From the NCBI GenBank assembly GCA_051294375.1, contig JBJCIZ010000751.1, forward strand, positions 1-29,278: a stretch of 29,278 nt of DNA, read 5' to 3'. A model generated the notes under the pieces. That model saw nothing but the letters and a program-made list of their open reading frames with translations. It was not told where the DNA came from and did not search any database. The stretch is from Paraspadella gotoi (Eukaryota; Animalia; Chaetognatha). Shown one piece after another: positions 7,666 through 18,546 of this stretch; the first letter of the stretch is position 1, and every line of letters starts with the position of its first letter. The translations under genes and the position numbers were made by a program.

Positions 7666-10077
7666 ATGTCTTTCTCTCGATCTATTCCGTCGATGGAAGA
7701 TCAACAACGTCGCGGCCATCGTCGTCGTCGTGACGATGACGACGACGAAAACGACGACGACCGTCTGGAACTTTTTTTAAATCTCCCGAGAGACAACAAG
7801 GTCGTCTGGACTCGGGAGATCGGGGAACGACTTTACGCGGACACTTTGACCAAGGCGGGAGTGCGGGTCAGAAAAAATTTTGTGACTAAAACTAAACAAA
7901 CGCTTAAGCAATCGTCTTTATGGAGTTATAAAGAATACTTATATTTTTTAATGAGCAGCGGGGATTGTATTTCAAAAATCGCCGACAGGCTAGACGGCAT
8001 AGATTTTGAGGATAAGGTCGTAACAATTTCAGGAAAAAAGGCCATTTTTATATCGGGGTTTTATCAAGATCAACCTCAAAGATTGAGCGTGAGCGTGAGA
8101 GATTATTTTTTTGACTCTGAGGGAAAGATAAAACCCAAAAAACATAACCCGATTTATCTTTCTGTCCAAGACGTGGCGAGCATCAATCATAATGCCGTCG
8201 CCCTTGCCCGGGAACTCTTGGGCTACGCCAAGAGCGACCACGAGTGCCTGGGCATTGGCTGGTGCGATTTATGCCCAATTTTAAATGAGGGACCAGTTAT
8301 GATGACTGAAATAGATTTATATGATTTTTCTAAAGGATCGGAAGGAGGATGGGGGGAAAGAGAAATAATTCCAGACAGGGAGGCCATCGTAAAAGAATTT
8401 GGGGAAGTTTTGGACAGATTTTTTTTAAGACAAAACTTTCAAGGATTTTTAAATATTAGATTGAGAGGGAGGACACCGTTTCCATTAGACCAAGGACCGA
8501 GAAATATTCCCCCCATGAGACCCCAATTTCAAAAGAGGTTACATAAAGAGTACGACATTTACAAGAGCGCGAAGAGAATTCGAACATCTTCGCCTCCTCC
8601 CGCCGCTCCCGCCGCTCCCGCCGCTCCCGTTGCTCCCAATTCTGGAGCCGCATCCGCATCCGCTTCCACCTCCTCGCCATTCTTTTCTCCCGAGGAAACG
8701 TTTGCCAATCGTCTCTCCGCTCCCAATCGAACTCTTTTCCACCCCTTAGTCAACGTGGCCGGACCGAGCGGCTCCCGTTTCGTTCGTCGCGCCATGTGGC
8801 GCGATCTCGATCGTTCTTCGACTTCTCCTTTCCCAAAAGCGGGCCCGTCATCGCCATCCTTCTCCGACGATGAAGGAGATCGAGAAACGACTTTCCTTCA
8901 ACCGCCGCCTCCTGGGTTTTTTTTCACTCCACCCCCTCCTCCACCTTCTTCTCCTCCTCCTCTTCCTCCTTTCGTCAAGATGGACATTCTCTATCCTCCG
9001 CCATCTTTGCCATCGTCTTCGCCTCTTCCTTCTTACGTTACATCACCTCCTTACGTCCCAACAACCCCCCCGGCCCAGTCAACGAACTTTCCTCTTCCTC
9101 CTCCTCCTCCTCCTTTCTACATTCCAAAGACGGAGCCGATTACTCCCATCCAATCGCCCGGACCCTCCTCCTCATCTTCGCCGACCCTGAATTTGATCAA
9201 CTTTCCTCTTCCAACTCTCGACCCTGTAACCTCCTCTCCGACCTGGAGCTCGACGACCACGCAAAGAGCTTGCAGTCCCGCGTCGGAAATCGCTTCCGAT
9301 CGTCCTTCTTCTCCATCGACGCCGCCGGAAATGGCCGGCGACGTCGATAACGCCTCTATGGAAGTTCACTTTCCACAATCTCCTAGACCCATGGAATTTT
9401 TTTCTCCGAAGGACCCTAGAACTCATTTCAAACTACTTCCTGCTTCTCCCATATTTTCTCCCTCTCCGCCGCTTCCTCCTCTTCCTCATCCTCTTCCTTC
9501 GGAAGAAGAGGAAGAAGAAGAAGAAGAAGAAATCGACTACCAAGAATCTCAAATGTTGACCGGAAGCGACGAAGACGTCTTTGAGGAAAAAAAATCCGGG
9601 AGTTTGTCGTCGTCGTCGTCAGAATCGACGACGACGACGACGACGACGACTACGTCTTCTTCTTCCAAGGAAGAAGGCGAAATCTCCGACGACGACGACG
9701 ACGACGTGGAATCGCCTCGATCGTCTCGATGCGCTACGTCGTCTACTCGTCGACGATCCATTCTTAAAAAGGCGGGACGAGGACGCGGACCGCGTGGGGC
9801 CGCCAAGTTCTCCTCCTCCGAGGAGGAGGAGGACGAAGACGCCATTAACGGTACCGGAGGAACGAATTCTTTCGTCTCAAAGAAGAAGAAGAAGCTTCGA
9901 CGGAAAAGGGCCAGGTTTAACGACTTAAAATGCTTTAGCGACACGAGCGAGGACCCGGGTTGTTTGACCGACGTGGAGGATAATGTGGACGAACTTGCCG
10001 AAGTAGAAAGTAGAAGGGCGGTTAGGAATTTAATGAAAGAGATGAAAACTAGATGGGTTAACGACGGTTTTATTTGA
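7666..10077 (+). CDS. Large orphan accessory protein: N-terminal globular domain plus Pro/Ser-rich, acidic and basic (NLS-like) disordered region
   Basis: 803-aa intact ORF; about 300 aa of ordered sequence containing HECLGIGWCDLC, then many SP/TP sites, poly-Pro, poly-Glu/Asp and KKKKKLRRKR. Confidence 0.85.
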   Translation: MSFSRSIPSMEDQQRRGHRRRRDDDDDENDDDRLELFLNLPRDNKVVWTREIGERLYADTLTKAGVRVRKNFVTKTKQTLKQSSLWSYKEYLYFLMSSGDCISKIADRLDGIDFEDKVVTISGKKAIFISGFYQDQPQRLSVSVRDYFFDSEGKIKPKKHNPIYLSVQDVASINHNAVALARELLGYAKSDHECLGIGWCDLCPILNEGPVMMTEIDLYDFSKGSEGGWGEREIIPDREAIVKEFGEVLDRFFLRQNFQGFLNIRLRGRTPFPLDQGPRNIPPMRPQFQKRLHKEYDIYKSAKRIRTSSPPPAAPAAPAAPVAPNSGAASASASTSSPFFSPEETFANRLSAPNRTLFHPLVNVAGPSGSRFVRRAMWRDLDRSSTSPFPKAGPSSPSFSDDEGDRETTFLQPPPPGFFFTPPPPPPSSPPPLPPFVKMDILYPPPSLPSSSPLPSYVTSPPYVPTTPPAQSTNFPLPPPPPPFYIPKTEPITPIQSPGPSSSSSPTLNLINFPLPTLDPVTSSPTWSSTTTQRACSPASEIASDRPSSPSTPPEMAGDVDNASMEVHFPQSPRPMEFFSPKDPRTHFKLLPASPIFSPSPPLPPLPHPLPSEEEEEEEEEEIDYQESQMLTGSDEDVFEEKKSGSLSSSSSESTTTTTTTTTSSSSKEEGEISDDDDDDVESPRSSRCATSSTRRRSILKKAGRGRGPRGAAKFSSSEEEEDEDAINGTGGTNSFVSKKKKKLRRKRARFNDLKCFSDTSEDPGCLTDVEDNVDELAEVESRRAVRNLMKEMKTRWVNDGFI

Positions 10078-10151
10078 TTTTCTCGCTATTTCTTAAATTA
10101 AATTTCTTAAATAATTTCTTGTATTTTTTGTTTGTATTTTTCGTAATAAGA

Positions 10152-10440
10152 AGTACAAAATTGTGTAATTGATTTCTTACTTTGTTTTTAGCGTGTCTTA
10201 TTTTTATTATTAATTAATTTAGTTTGCAATTTTGTATTTTTGTATTCCATTACGTTATAATTAGTACAAAATTGTGTAATTGACCTCGTACTTTTGTTTT
10301 GTTTTCCTTAGCGTGTCTTATTTTTTTATTATTAATTAATTTAGTTTGCAATTTTGTATTTTTTGTATTCCGTTACGTCATAGTACAAAATTGTGTAATT
10401 GACCTAGTACTTTGTTTTTTATTATTAATTAATTTAGTTG
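10152..10440. repeat. About 3 imperfect tandem copies of a 110-120-bp AT-rich unit
   Basis: AGTACAAAATTGTGTAATTGA...TTATTAATTAATTTAGTT recurs at about 10152, 10263 and 10382. Confidence 0.85.
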
Positions 10441-10685
10441 GCAATAAAAATTGTAAATTGTATCGTAAATTAACCTTTTGGATCGTTATTGATTGTAATA
10501 AGTTAATAAATTCTAATGTATATATAAAAAAAAAAAAGCTTTTTAATTTATCCAGACGATTAGAAAATTAGGAAAAAAATTAAAAACAAAGTTAGACGTT
10601 AGCGAAGTTTGTATTCGAAAGTTTACGACCAAAAAAGTTTAAAAAAAAAAAAATTTATAAATTTAACACCGAGCGATACATCGAA

Positions 10686-10900
10686 TGGTACACCGAATGG
10701 TACACCGAGTGGTACACCGAGTGGTACACCGAGCGGCGGCGGCACTCCCGGGCGGCGGTTCCGGGGGGGTTCCGGCGGCGGTTCCGGGCGGCGCGGCGGT
10801 TCCGGGCGGTTCCGGGCGGCGGCGGCGGCGGCACCCCGGGCGGTTCGGGCGGTTCCGGGCGGCGGCACCCCGCGCGGCGGCGGCGGCGTTTAGGCGGCGT
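10686..10900. repeat. GC-rich island: 12-bp TGGTACACCGAR x4, then GGCGGCGGTTCCGG-type repeats
   Basis: Direct reading; embedded in very AT-rich DNA between the convergent 803-aa and pPolB genes. Confidence 0.85.
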
Positions 10901-11169
10901 TAATAATATTTTTAAATTTTTTTTTTTAAATTTTCTTTTTTTTTTAATAAAAAAAAAAAAGAAAAAATAAAAAGAAAAACTAACTGATTAAGTAAATAAG
11001 TAAGTAAAAACTGACTATGAAAACTCGCGGCCAAATAATAAAAAAAATTACAAAGTTATGAAAAAATTATTATTATTATTATTACCGTAAACCAACTAAA
11101 TACAACAATTAGTTAACAATAATTATTTAAAACGATAATTACAATTGCTGGTGATGTAGATCGAGTAGA

Positions 11170-14100
11170 TCAAGTAAGAGCTTGTAATTTGGACAAGGTT
11201 TCGCGACATAGGACAAAATCCCAATTTTTTTCCATCGTCGTCGTCGTTGTCAATTCCGATTCTTTTTTCTCTCGGATAACCCTTTCTTCTCGCGCCACTT
11301 TCGCCTCGTGGGCGCGCTTTAACAATTTCTCGTATTCCGGTATGCGAAAATAATTAAATGGTACGGATTGTACGTGATTTATATTATAAGTTTTATCCGA
11401 AACGCCCTTTAAAGCGGTCCTGCTTTTTTGGACCAAGTAAGTCACGTGTTTAACGTTTAAAAATTGATGATAATAAACAACTAACGATTTGTTATTTAAT
11501 ATACTATTAGCAAACGCGTCAGCCCCAAATTTCTTTTTTTGTAATTTTTTGGCGATCCCTTTGGCCGCTACTTTGAAGCCTTTCTCGTTCGTGACTGGAT
11601 CGTACGTGACCACGTGATAGTTTTTCGGGAACACCGCCAATACGGCGTGAATGATTCCGACGATTTCGGGTTTGATCAAACCGAGTCGATTTTTATTAAC
11701 GGTCCGCAATTCCAAAAGTTTTTTCAGCGTATCCGGGTCATTTTGTTGAGTATAGAAAGGATGGTCAAGATGGTAGGGGCTGGCGTCTAAAATCCCATCC
11801 AAGGCCAACTTGGCGTAAGTTTTCCAGAAATTGTGATCGGGATGCTTCCGAACGTCGATTCTCAACTTTGCCAAGAGCGAATCGGTATCGGACAGTAGTA
11901 GTTTCGTATGCCATCCGTCTATGGCAAAGACCTTCGTCAAGTGACAATAGTATATTCGCAAGAGATGTAATTTGCTGTAAATAAAAAAAAATAATTAAAA
12001 ATAAACGAACCGTAAGGAGAGAGAGAGAAAGAGAGAGAATTGTCGGTACCACCGCCGCCCATGACTCTCCCCCCCCCCACCCCACCCCCCATGACTTCCG
12101 ACCACGATCTCACCTTAATTCTAGAATAGTAAATCCGCTATAGATGGCTCGATCGAGATAGCAAGCGGTCGCGTGCCGAGTCAAGACGTACGAGTCGCTA
12201 ACGATCATAGAATCTTGAAAGGAAGATTTTGAAATGTACTTGAGCACTTTTTTCTTGTTTAAACATACTTTAATATCATTTCTTAACGCTTTGTTCTCGA
12301 TCATTTTCCCGTATAGCGAATTGAGACTTAATTTTTTCACGAATCTCTCGGTCGGATTATCGCTCGCCGCTCGCTGATTCGCTATCGTTTGCACGTAATC
12401 TCTCATATAATAGCTTTGTTTGAATAATATCGCCTTATGCAATGCCGTGACTACTATGCCCAATTCTAAACAACAAAACTTCAAAAGCTGAGAATGAATT
12501 AAATAAAATTTCCTAGGATGAAAATCGGCGACTAATTTTTTACTAGTTCCTCTCGTCAAATGAAATCTCTCTATTTTTTCTTTGTCATAATAGGAAAGCT
12601 CTTCCGTCTTAATCTCTTTTTGATACGGAAGAGGAACAAAGTTTTTCAACTTTTTTTGAACCTCGATTGGAAAAAAAGCGTCAATTTCAAAAAAATAGCC
12701 AATGTCTCCGTCCAAATCAATATCCGACCAGCAATTTTCCAATACAATTTTTCTCAAGGATCCCAATTCCGTATCGTCGGCAAACCGTATGTCACAAAGG
12801 GGTAATTTATGACACATTGCCGTAGGATAAAGACTAGAAAGGAAAAAGAAAATACTATTAAAAAAAAAAAAAAAAAAAAAAGTTTAAATGGAATCGTTTT
12901 CAATTTTTCTCACCTCGTCACGTCTTCGAATATAATTCTGTCGTGTCTATGCTGCGGTAAAATGTCGGGTTCGTCCAAATCCTTTACGCGCAAACTTTCT
13001 TCTTCTTCCTCCTCCGCTTTGGCGCAGTCGGTCTCGTTTATGGCCTCTTCTTCCCTTCTCGTTGGCGACAAAGATGGGAGCGACGGATCGTCCGAAAAAC
13101 CCCACCTCTCCCCCACGATCGTAAAGCCTCCCCGTAGATTGGCCATAATCAATAGAACCATATCGGGATCGGAAACTTTTTCAAGTTTTACATTAGACTT
13201 TTTTAAAAACGCCTGATAAGAAAAAGACGCCAAACTAATGAATTGGACCGGATCGAGTCCGTTGTCCTCGTAAGCGATATGTCTGTATCTCGTTAGCAAA
13301 TCCGCGAGCAAGAGAGTGTCCCCGATAAGGTACGCCCGGCTGAAGCATTTTAAGGTTTTACATTTTAAATCGTACCAAACCCTCAAACCTCGCAACCATT
13401 CTTCCTCCGTAACGCTCTCTCCTTCTCGGAGCGAACTCTTAAACTTATCGATCGTTGGAAAAGAGCAAACTTCCAAATCTTTCACGCTTCGTATTTCCTC
13501 GTGAGGGAAAATTCCTTTTTTGAGAAAATGATGAAAGTTTGATTTTCCATACCATTCGCGCACGATCTTAAAAGTGTGGGGAAACGCGAGTTCTGGTTTT
13601 CTCTTTTTGGCGCACCGTTCGCACGGTTTGCCAATGTCTCGAGCCGCCTGACAGCTTTCGCAGTCAAAATCGTATACCTCGTCCCTGAGGTGTCCGACGA
13701 GTTGATCGAGCGAGCCCGGGAGATGCCTCAGGGAATCAATCAGGGTAATACTTCTGTATTGGTTACACTTTAAACAGGATTTGAATTTCTTTTTCTTTAT
13801 CGATTTGTCTTTTTTTCTTTCTACTAATTCGCCCTTTACAACCTTAAAATCTTTTTCTAGTTCCCGTATCAAGTTCTCATTGACCATTCTAAAATTATTA
13901 ATCATTTCTTTTTCGCAATTATCCTCCCATTGCTTGGCAAATTTTGACCCGTCGTCATCGTCATTCTCTCCTTCTTTCCACCAAGGTTCGCTCATTCCCT
14001 CGTCGTCGTCGTTGTCATCGTCGTCGTCGTCATCATCTTCATCTTCGAGAGAACCAACGGTCGACTCGGTCGAAACGAATGAGGAATGACCGTCAACTGA

Positions 14101-16473
14101 CGCCGACCCGATTATTCTTCTCTTAGTTTTTTCTCTCTCTTTCTTTCTTTTTCTTTTTTGACAACCACTCTCCGACTTTACGACTTCATCCCGCATTTTT
14201 CTCTCTTTTTCTTCTTCCTCTTTCTTAAGCTGATTCAAGGTCGTAGTTTCGCAATCGGGACAGGAAAAATTTAAAGTGATTGAAAGAATTTTTTCAAAAG
14301 AATTGGCGATGAATCTCACGTTTCTGACAATTTCTGGGTGTGAACTCAGGGCTACGCTGATAGAGTTTTGAAAGTCGAAACTTGATGAATTATGCGAAAT
14401 TAAAATTAAACTACGTTGAATGCGAAGTTTAAGATTGCAAGAGTTGCACAAAGTAGAAATAAAATTTGATTCGCCATTGGTATTTTTCCTATGGTGATGA
14501 TGCCGAGTCTTCAGAAGTTCGACCATGCCCGATTCCGTCGGTTTAGCAAATTCTTTATGACAACTGTCGCAATTCTTAGCTTTTAAATGGCGTCGCATCT
14601 GCTCCGGAGTTAACTTAATTTTATCATTTTCCAGTAATTTCTTATGTAACATTTTTGAATCGTCTCTGAGACTTCTTAAAAAATGGGAAGCCACATCGTC
14701 TTCGTCATCTTTTGCATAATACATTCTCAGAGGGAAAAAATCAATTCCGTAAGAGTCAATAATATAATAACAATAAGCATAAATTTTTTGAGACGATAAA
14801 AATTCCGTTCGCAATTTTAATTTCTGACAAGGTCTCTCGTTCGTACAGACCGAACAACCTTTCAACAAATGTTCGTTCTCCTTCAAAGTCGCGGCCCATT
14901 CGTAAACGCGATTTTCTGGAGGAACCCACGCCGCGGCGTCGGGATTTTCGGACGCGCCTTTACGAGACACGCCTCTACTCTCAATGTCAAAAACGATGAC
15001 GTAATCAGCCATATATTCTGGGGTACGATTTTTATACTCTAAAAACGGGTCCAGTTTTTTGTCTGGAAAAATCATGCGTTTGATAGGAAATTTGGAGCAA
15101 AGTTCGCGATGATTCGCCAAACTTTTTTCGCTTAAGCAGGAATAAAGACATTTGTAACAAAAGTAAGTTTTACCTTTATGTTTAGAATTTGAACTTCCAA
15201 GCAATCTCGACATTGATTTCACGTAATATAATGATTCTTAATTTTTTGCTCTACCAATAATAAATTTATAACATTTCTGGGTTTGTTATTGGACTGGACC
15301 TCAGGGGAAAAAATTTAGGTTTTGTTTTAAGTTTTTAGTTTCAAACCCTAATACATTAATGGCTATTTTTTTATCCTCGTTGTTTTTTTCAAATCTTAAA
15401 ATGTCATAATTGCAATTCACGGGGAATCGTATTTGAGTCCAGTTTAATTTGTGCTGATATTGTTTTAAAACGTTCATTGATGTTAAATCTAAATCCTTTC
15501 TCCGATACTCTTCCATTTGAGATAAATAACCGTAAAGCACGGCAAATTTAAAGCAACTATCCAGATCTTCTTTATTTTTAGAAAAACATTTAATATTACA
15601 ACAAGCTTTCTTATTAGCTATACAAGGTGGAGTTTTGTAATTATACGTGATGCCACTTCCGGTCAATGGACGATATTTATGTATATTTAGCCGAAAATAG
15701 TTGACTTTTTTAAATTTTAAACCTGATTTGTAAGATACAAAAATATCTATATCTGAAATTATATCGCTTAATATGGTGTTCAAAATACTATCTAAAACAT
15801 CTGGAGAATCCTGCAACGAAATAACCTGAGCGTCCATCTTCGTTTCCAATTGAATATCTTCCAAGATAGTCTCTTCTTTATCTAACGGTTTTGTAAATGA
15901 TATATTCGCTCTCACTACAAATTTTAAAACGCTATGCTCTTTGACACTCTTTAGAATTAATCGTTTTAAAGCGGGCATGACTAAAAAAATTTCTCTATTG
16001 TAATCATCCTCGCGCAAATCGTTTATCGGTCGAGTTCTCTCCAACCTGTAAGATGATATAATCGTACCAAAAGCTTTCTGAAAGGAATTCACGTCATAAA
16101 TTTCTTTTAAATCATCGTCATTTTCCAGATTGACGGGTTTGTACAGGGGGTCATTTTTGGTAAAAATAGGTAATAGTACCAGATTTTTTTTCTTACTTCC
16201 CGCTGGCGCTTGCCCGTTTGAAATCTTGCTATCGTTCATTTTATGTTCGTCGTCGTTGTCTCTGGCTAAACTCCTATCATCTTTCATATTTTCGATCAAC
16301 TTTGGTCTCCCTTCACCAATCCCGAGATTCACAGATTTTTCTCCTCCTCTTCCGCTTCCTTCTCCCACTCGATTAAAAGCTTTTTGTCCTCCGCCATCAT
16401 TTTCACTCATTAACCCTTCTCTTCCACGCCCAAAAGTATCTTTTTCCATTCGAAAGAACAATGAGTCATCCAC
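11170..16473 (-). CDS. Protein-primed family B DNA polymerase (pPolB), spliced: exons 16473-12914, 12833-12114, 11974-11170; frameshift cluster at about 15225-15303
   Basis: ExoI VIVFDIES, ExoII SHNSSSFD, ExoIII YLIGDTLLLAD, LRGG, motif A EDVTS|LYP (restored by splicing), motif B KKLSLNSLYGKMIEN, GFTILELS|KLH (restored by splicing), motif C SDTDS; C2H2 finger CYKC..H..LC and an EndoVII-like CDSC...RHHHH...CNSCN. About 1,690 aa. Confidence 0.95.
11975..12113 (-). other. Spliceosomal intron (139 nt) in pPolB between motifs B and C
   Basis: Donor AG|GTGAGA, acceptor TTTTTTTATTTACAG|; joining gives GFTILELSKLHLLRIYYCHL. Confidence 0.95.
12834..12913 (-). other. Spliceosomal intron (80 nt) in pPolB motif A
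   Basis: Donor AG|GTGAGA, acceptor TTCTTTTTCCTTTCTAG|; joining gives FEDVTSLYPTAMCHKLP. Confidence 0.95.
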
Positions 16474-16652
16474 GTTTCGATCACGACTCGCTCCTCTCGC
16501 TTCTTCGTCTTGGGGAAAAAAAATTCAAAGCAAAATAATGACAAATTTTTACTTTCGTTTTATTTTTTAATTTAATTTTGAATTTTGAAAATATTTTATA
16601 CTAATTTAATGTAATTTTTCTTTAAAAAGATTAAAAATTGATATTCCAAGAC

Positions 16653-16769
16653 GCCGGTCTTGCGCCGCTTCGGGTCTCGCGCCGCTTCGGGTCTCGCGCC
16701 GCTTCGGGTCTTACGCCGCTTCGAGTCTTACGCCGCTTTGGGTCTCGCGCCGCTTCGAGTCTTACGCCG
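16653..16769. repeat. 17-bp tandem repeat CGCCGCTTCGGGTCTCG, about 6-7 copies
   Basis: Direct reading; lies between the divergent pPolB and membrane gene A. Confidence 0.9.
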
Positions 16770-16913
16770 TGGTTTTCCAGATCCTTTGACCCTCTCGTCA
16801 CTTCGTTAGTCGGTTAGTTTTTTTGTTTGTTTTTTTTTCCTTTGGTAGTTTAAACGTTTACCATTTAATATTATTTTATATATTGTACCAATTTCATATT
16901 ATTAGCGAGGTCA

Positions 16914-17866
16914 ATGCAACACTTCGCAACGATGACCTCGCTCACGACGAAGAAGGACGCCTACGAAGATTGGGTCCGGCGGTTCGACGCCTGCATCGAT
17001 CGGGAAACGCGTCTCGGTGTACCGAAAGGTATTTTCTTTTTTATAAATTTTATTTTTTTTTATTCGTTCTAATATTTTTTTTTCCTAATAAAAAAATTTA
17101 CAGATTTCGGGTTCAGGTACTGTCAGCGGCGTGTCCCAAGACCCACGGGACCCGCGACCACGAAACCCGCGACCACGAGACCCACGACCACGAGACCCGC
17201 GACCACATCATCATCTCCGAGAGAGAGACCGGCGCCAGTACCAAAGTCATCCTCGCTTCCGCGTCCCTCGAAATTCGCGACGAATACAACGCGCCTTCCC
17301 GCTACTCGAGTTCCACGCGGCGCACTTACGAACGAAGAAATTGAAATGTAAGCTTTTATCTCGCGTATCTCTTCCACGAATATTATTATTATTATTATTA
17401 AAAAAAAAAAAATTTTTTATTCAGAATCTCCGGTTTTAGCGGTACGCTTCTCTTCGTCGCCATCCTGCTAATCGCGATTCTCAAGATTCTAAGACGGTAA
17501 GCGAAGCAATGTTTTTTAAAAAAAAAAAAATCTTAAAAAAATAATTTAAAGATTAAAAATTTTTGAAGATTGGGATTTCGATGCGCGATCCGACGATCCG
17601 AGCGGCGAGGGACGCCGCATCGACGTCTCGTCGATGCGAATGAAGAAGACGACGACGCGCTGGTCGAAAGACTCGGCGCTCTGATTCCACCGCCTCCAGG
17701 AAACGAACCGCTTCGCGCGAACAATGATTTCAGACGCGGTCGCGGTCGCGGTGTCACGCCATACTCGGAGCGTCGCGTCGGTTCCACCGCTTTCAACAAC
17801 GACGCGTACGAAAATGTGACTCTCACCGTCCCGTCGAACGCCGACGAACAAACTACCGTCTTTTAA
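16914..17866 (+). CDS. Spliced single-pass membrane protein A (exons 16914-17028, 17104-17347, 17425-17496, 17569-17866; about 242 aa)
   Basis: Three 72-77-nt AT-rich GT-AG introns give one open frame: ...FDACIDRETRLGVPK|DFGFRYCQRRVP, a Pro/Thr stalk (PATTKPATTRP), TM IISGFSGTLLFVAILLIAILKIL, and a tail with PPPP, YENV and C-terminal TVF. No clear signal peptide, so the 5' end may be incomplete. Confidence 0.8.
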
Positions 17867-18028
17867 AAAAAAATCCTTTCATTTTTTAGTTTTTGATAAA
17901 AAATATAATCGTAAGGGGTTGAAAGGTTTTGTGTATGTTTCGTCTCGTTGTTCCATTTGTTTTTTTTTGTTTTAGGTTAACTTAGGATTAGAAATACATT
18001 CAAAGGGGTTTACTATTAAGTTTAAAGC

Positions 18029-18195
18029 TGATACTAGTCTGCAATATGCAAATGAGATTATTCCTTATTACCTCGTTAATACTAACGAAAGTTTAGTATT
18101 TCTTTTAAACTATTTAAAATTGATACTAGTCTGCAATATGCAAATAAGATTATTCCTCATTACCTCATTAATACGAAAGTTTAGTATTTCTTTTA
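18029..18195. repeat. About 92-bp tandem duplication, each copy containing the octamer ATGCAAAT
   Basis: TGATACTAGTCTGCAATATGCAAAT.AGATTATTCCT.ATTACCTC at 18029 and 18121. Confidence 0.85.
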
Positions 18196-18546
18196 GTCTA
18201 TTTTTTTAAAAACTCTTTACCCTAATGGCATTTAATCTTTAGTATTAAAAAAAATGATTGTCGTTTTGTTAAAAAAAAAAATTATGATTTTTAGTTTGAA
18301 TTCTCGTCGTTACTACATTAACAATCTTTTTAGTATTATAATCATTTTATACAAAAACAACGTACCATTCACGTTACAAAATTGTTACCAAAATTTTTCA
18401 TGATTTTTTGATTCGTGTTTTTTATTGAAAAAATAAAAAGTGGACAAAAAAAATTAAAGTTTACCCAAATGTTTATTCTTCTCGTCCTCTTCCCATGGCC
18501 GCCAGAAAGCCATTTTTGTTAATAAGTCAGTAACTCGGTAACCGCG

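Noticed and set aside
8029-9944. Antisense/alternative-frame ORFs within the 803-aa gene
   Set aside because: Shadows of GC-rich low-complexity coding sequence.
13765-14262. Intein in pPolB
   Set aside because: The insert starts near a Cys but lacks the C-terminal HN/N-[CST] and block B motifs; it is low-complexity charged sequence.
11170-16473. Four separate minus-strand genes
   Set aside because: They are consecutive parts of one pPolB, joined by two introns and one frameshift cluster.
16653-16769. CRISPR-like array
   Set aside because: The repeats are head-to-tail with no unique spacers, and the context is eukaryotic.
16823-17439. ORF-track ORFs 16823..17344 and 17131..17439 as genes
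   Set aside because: They run through AT-rich introns in the wrong frames; the spliced model explains the region better.
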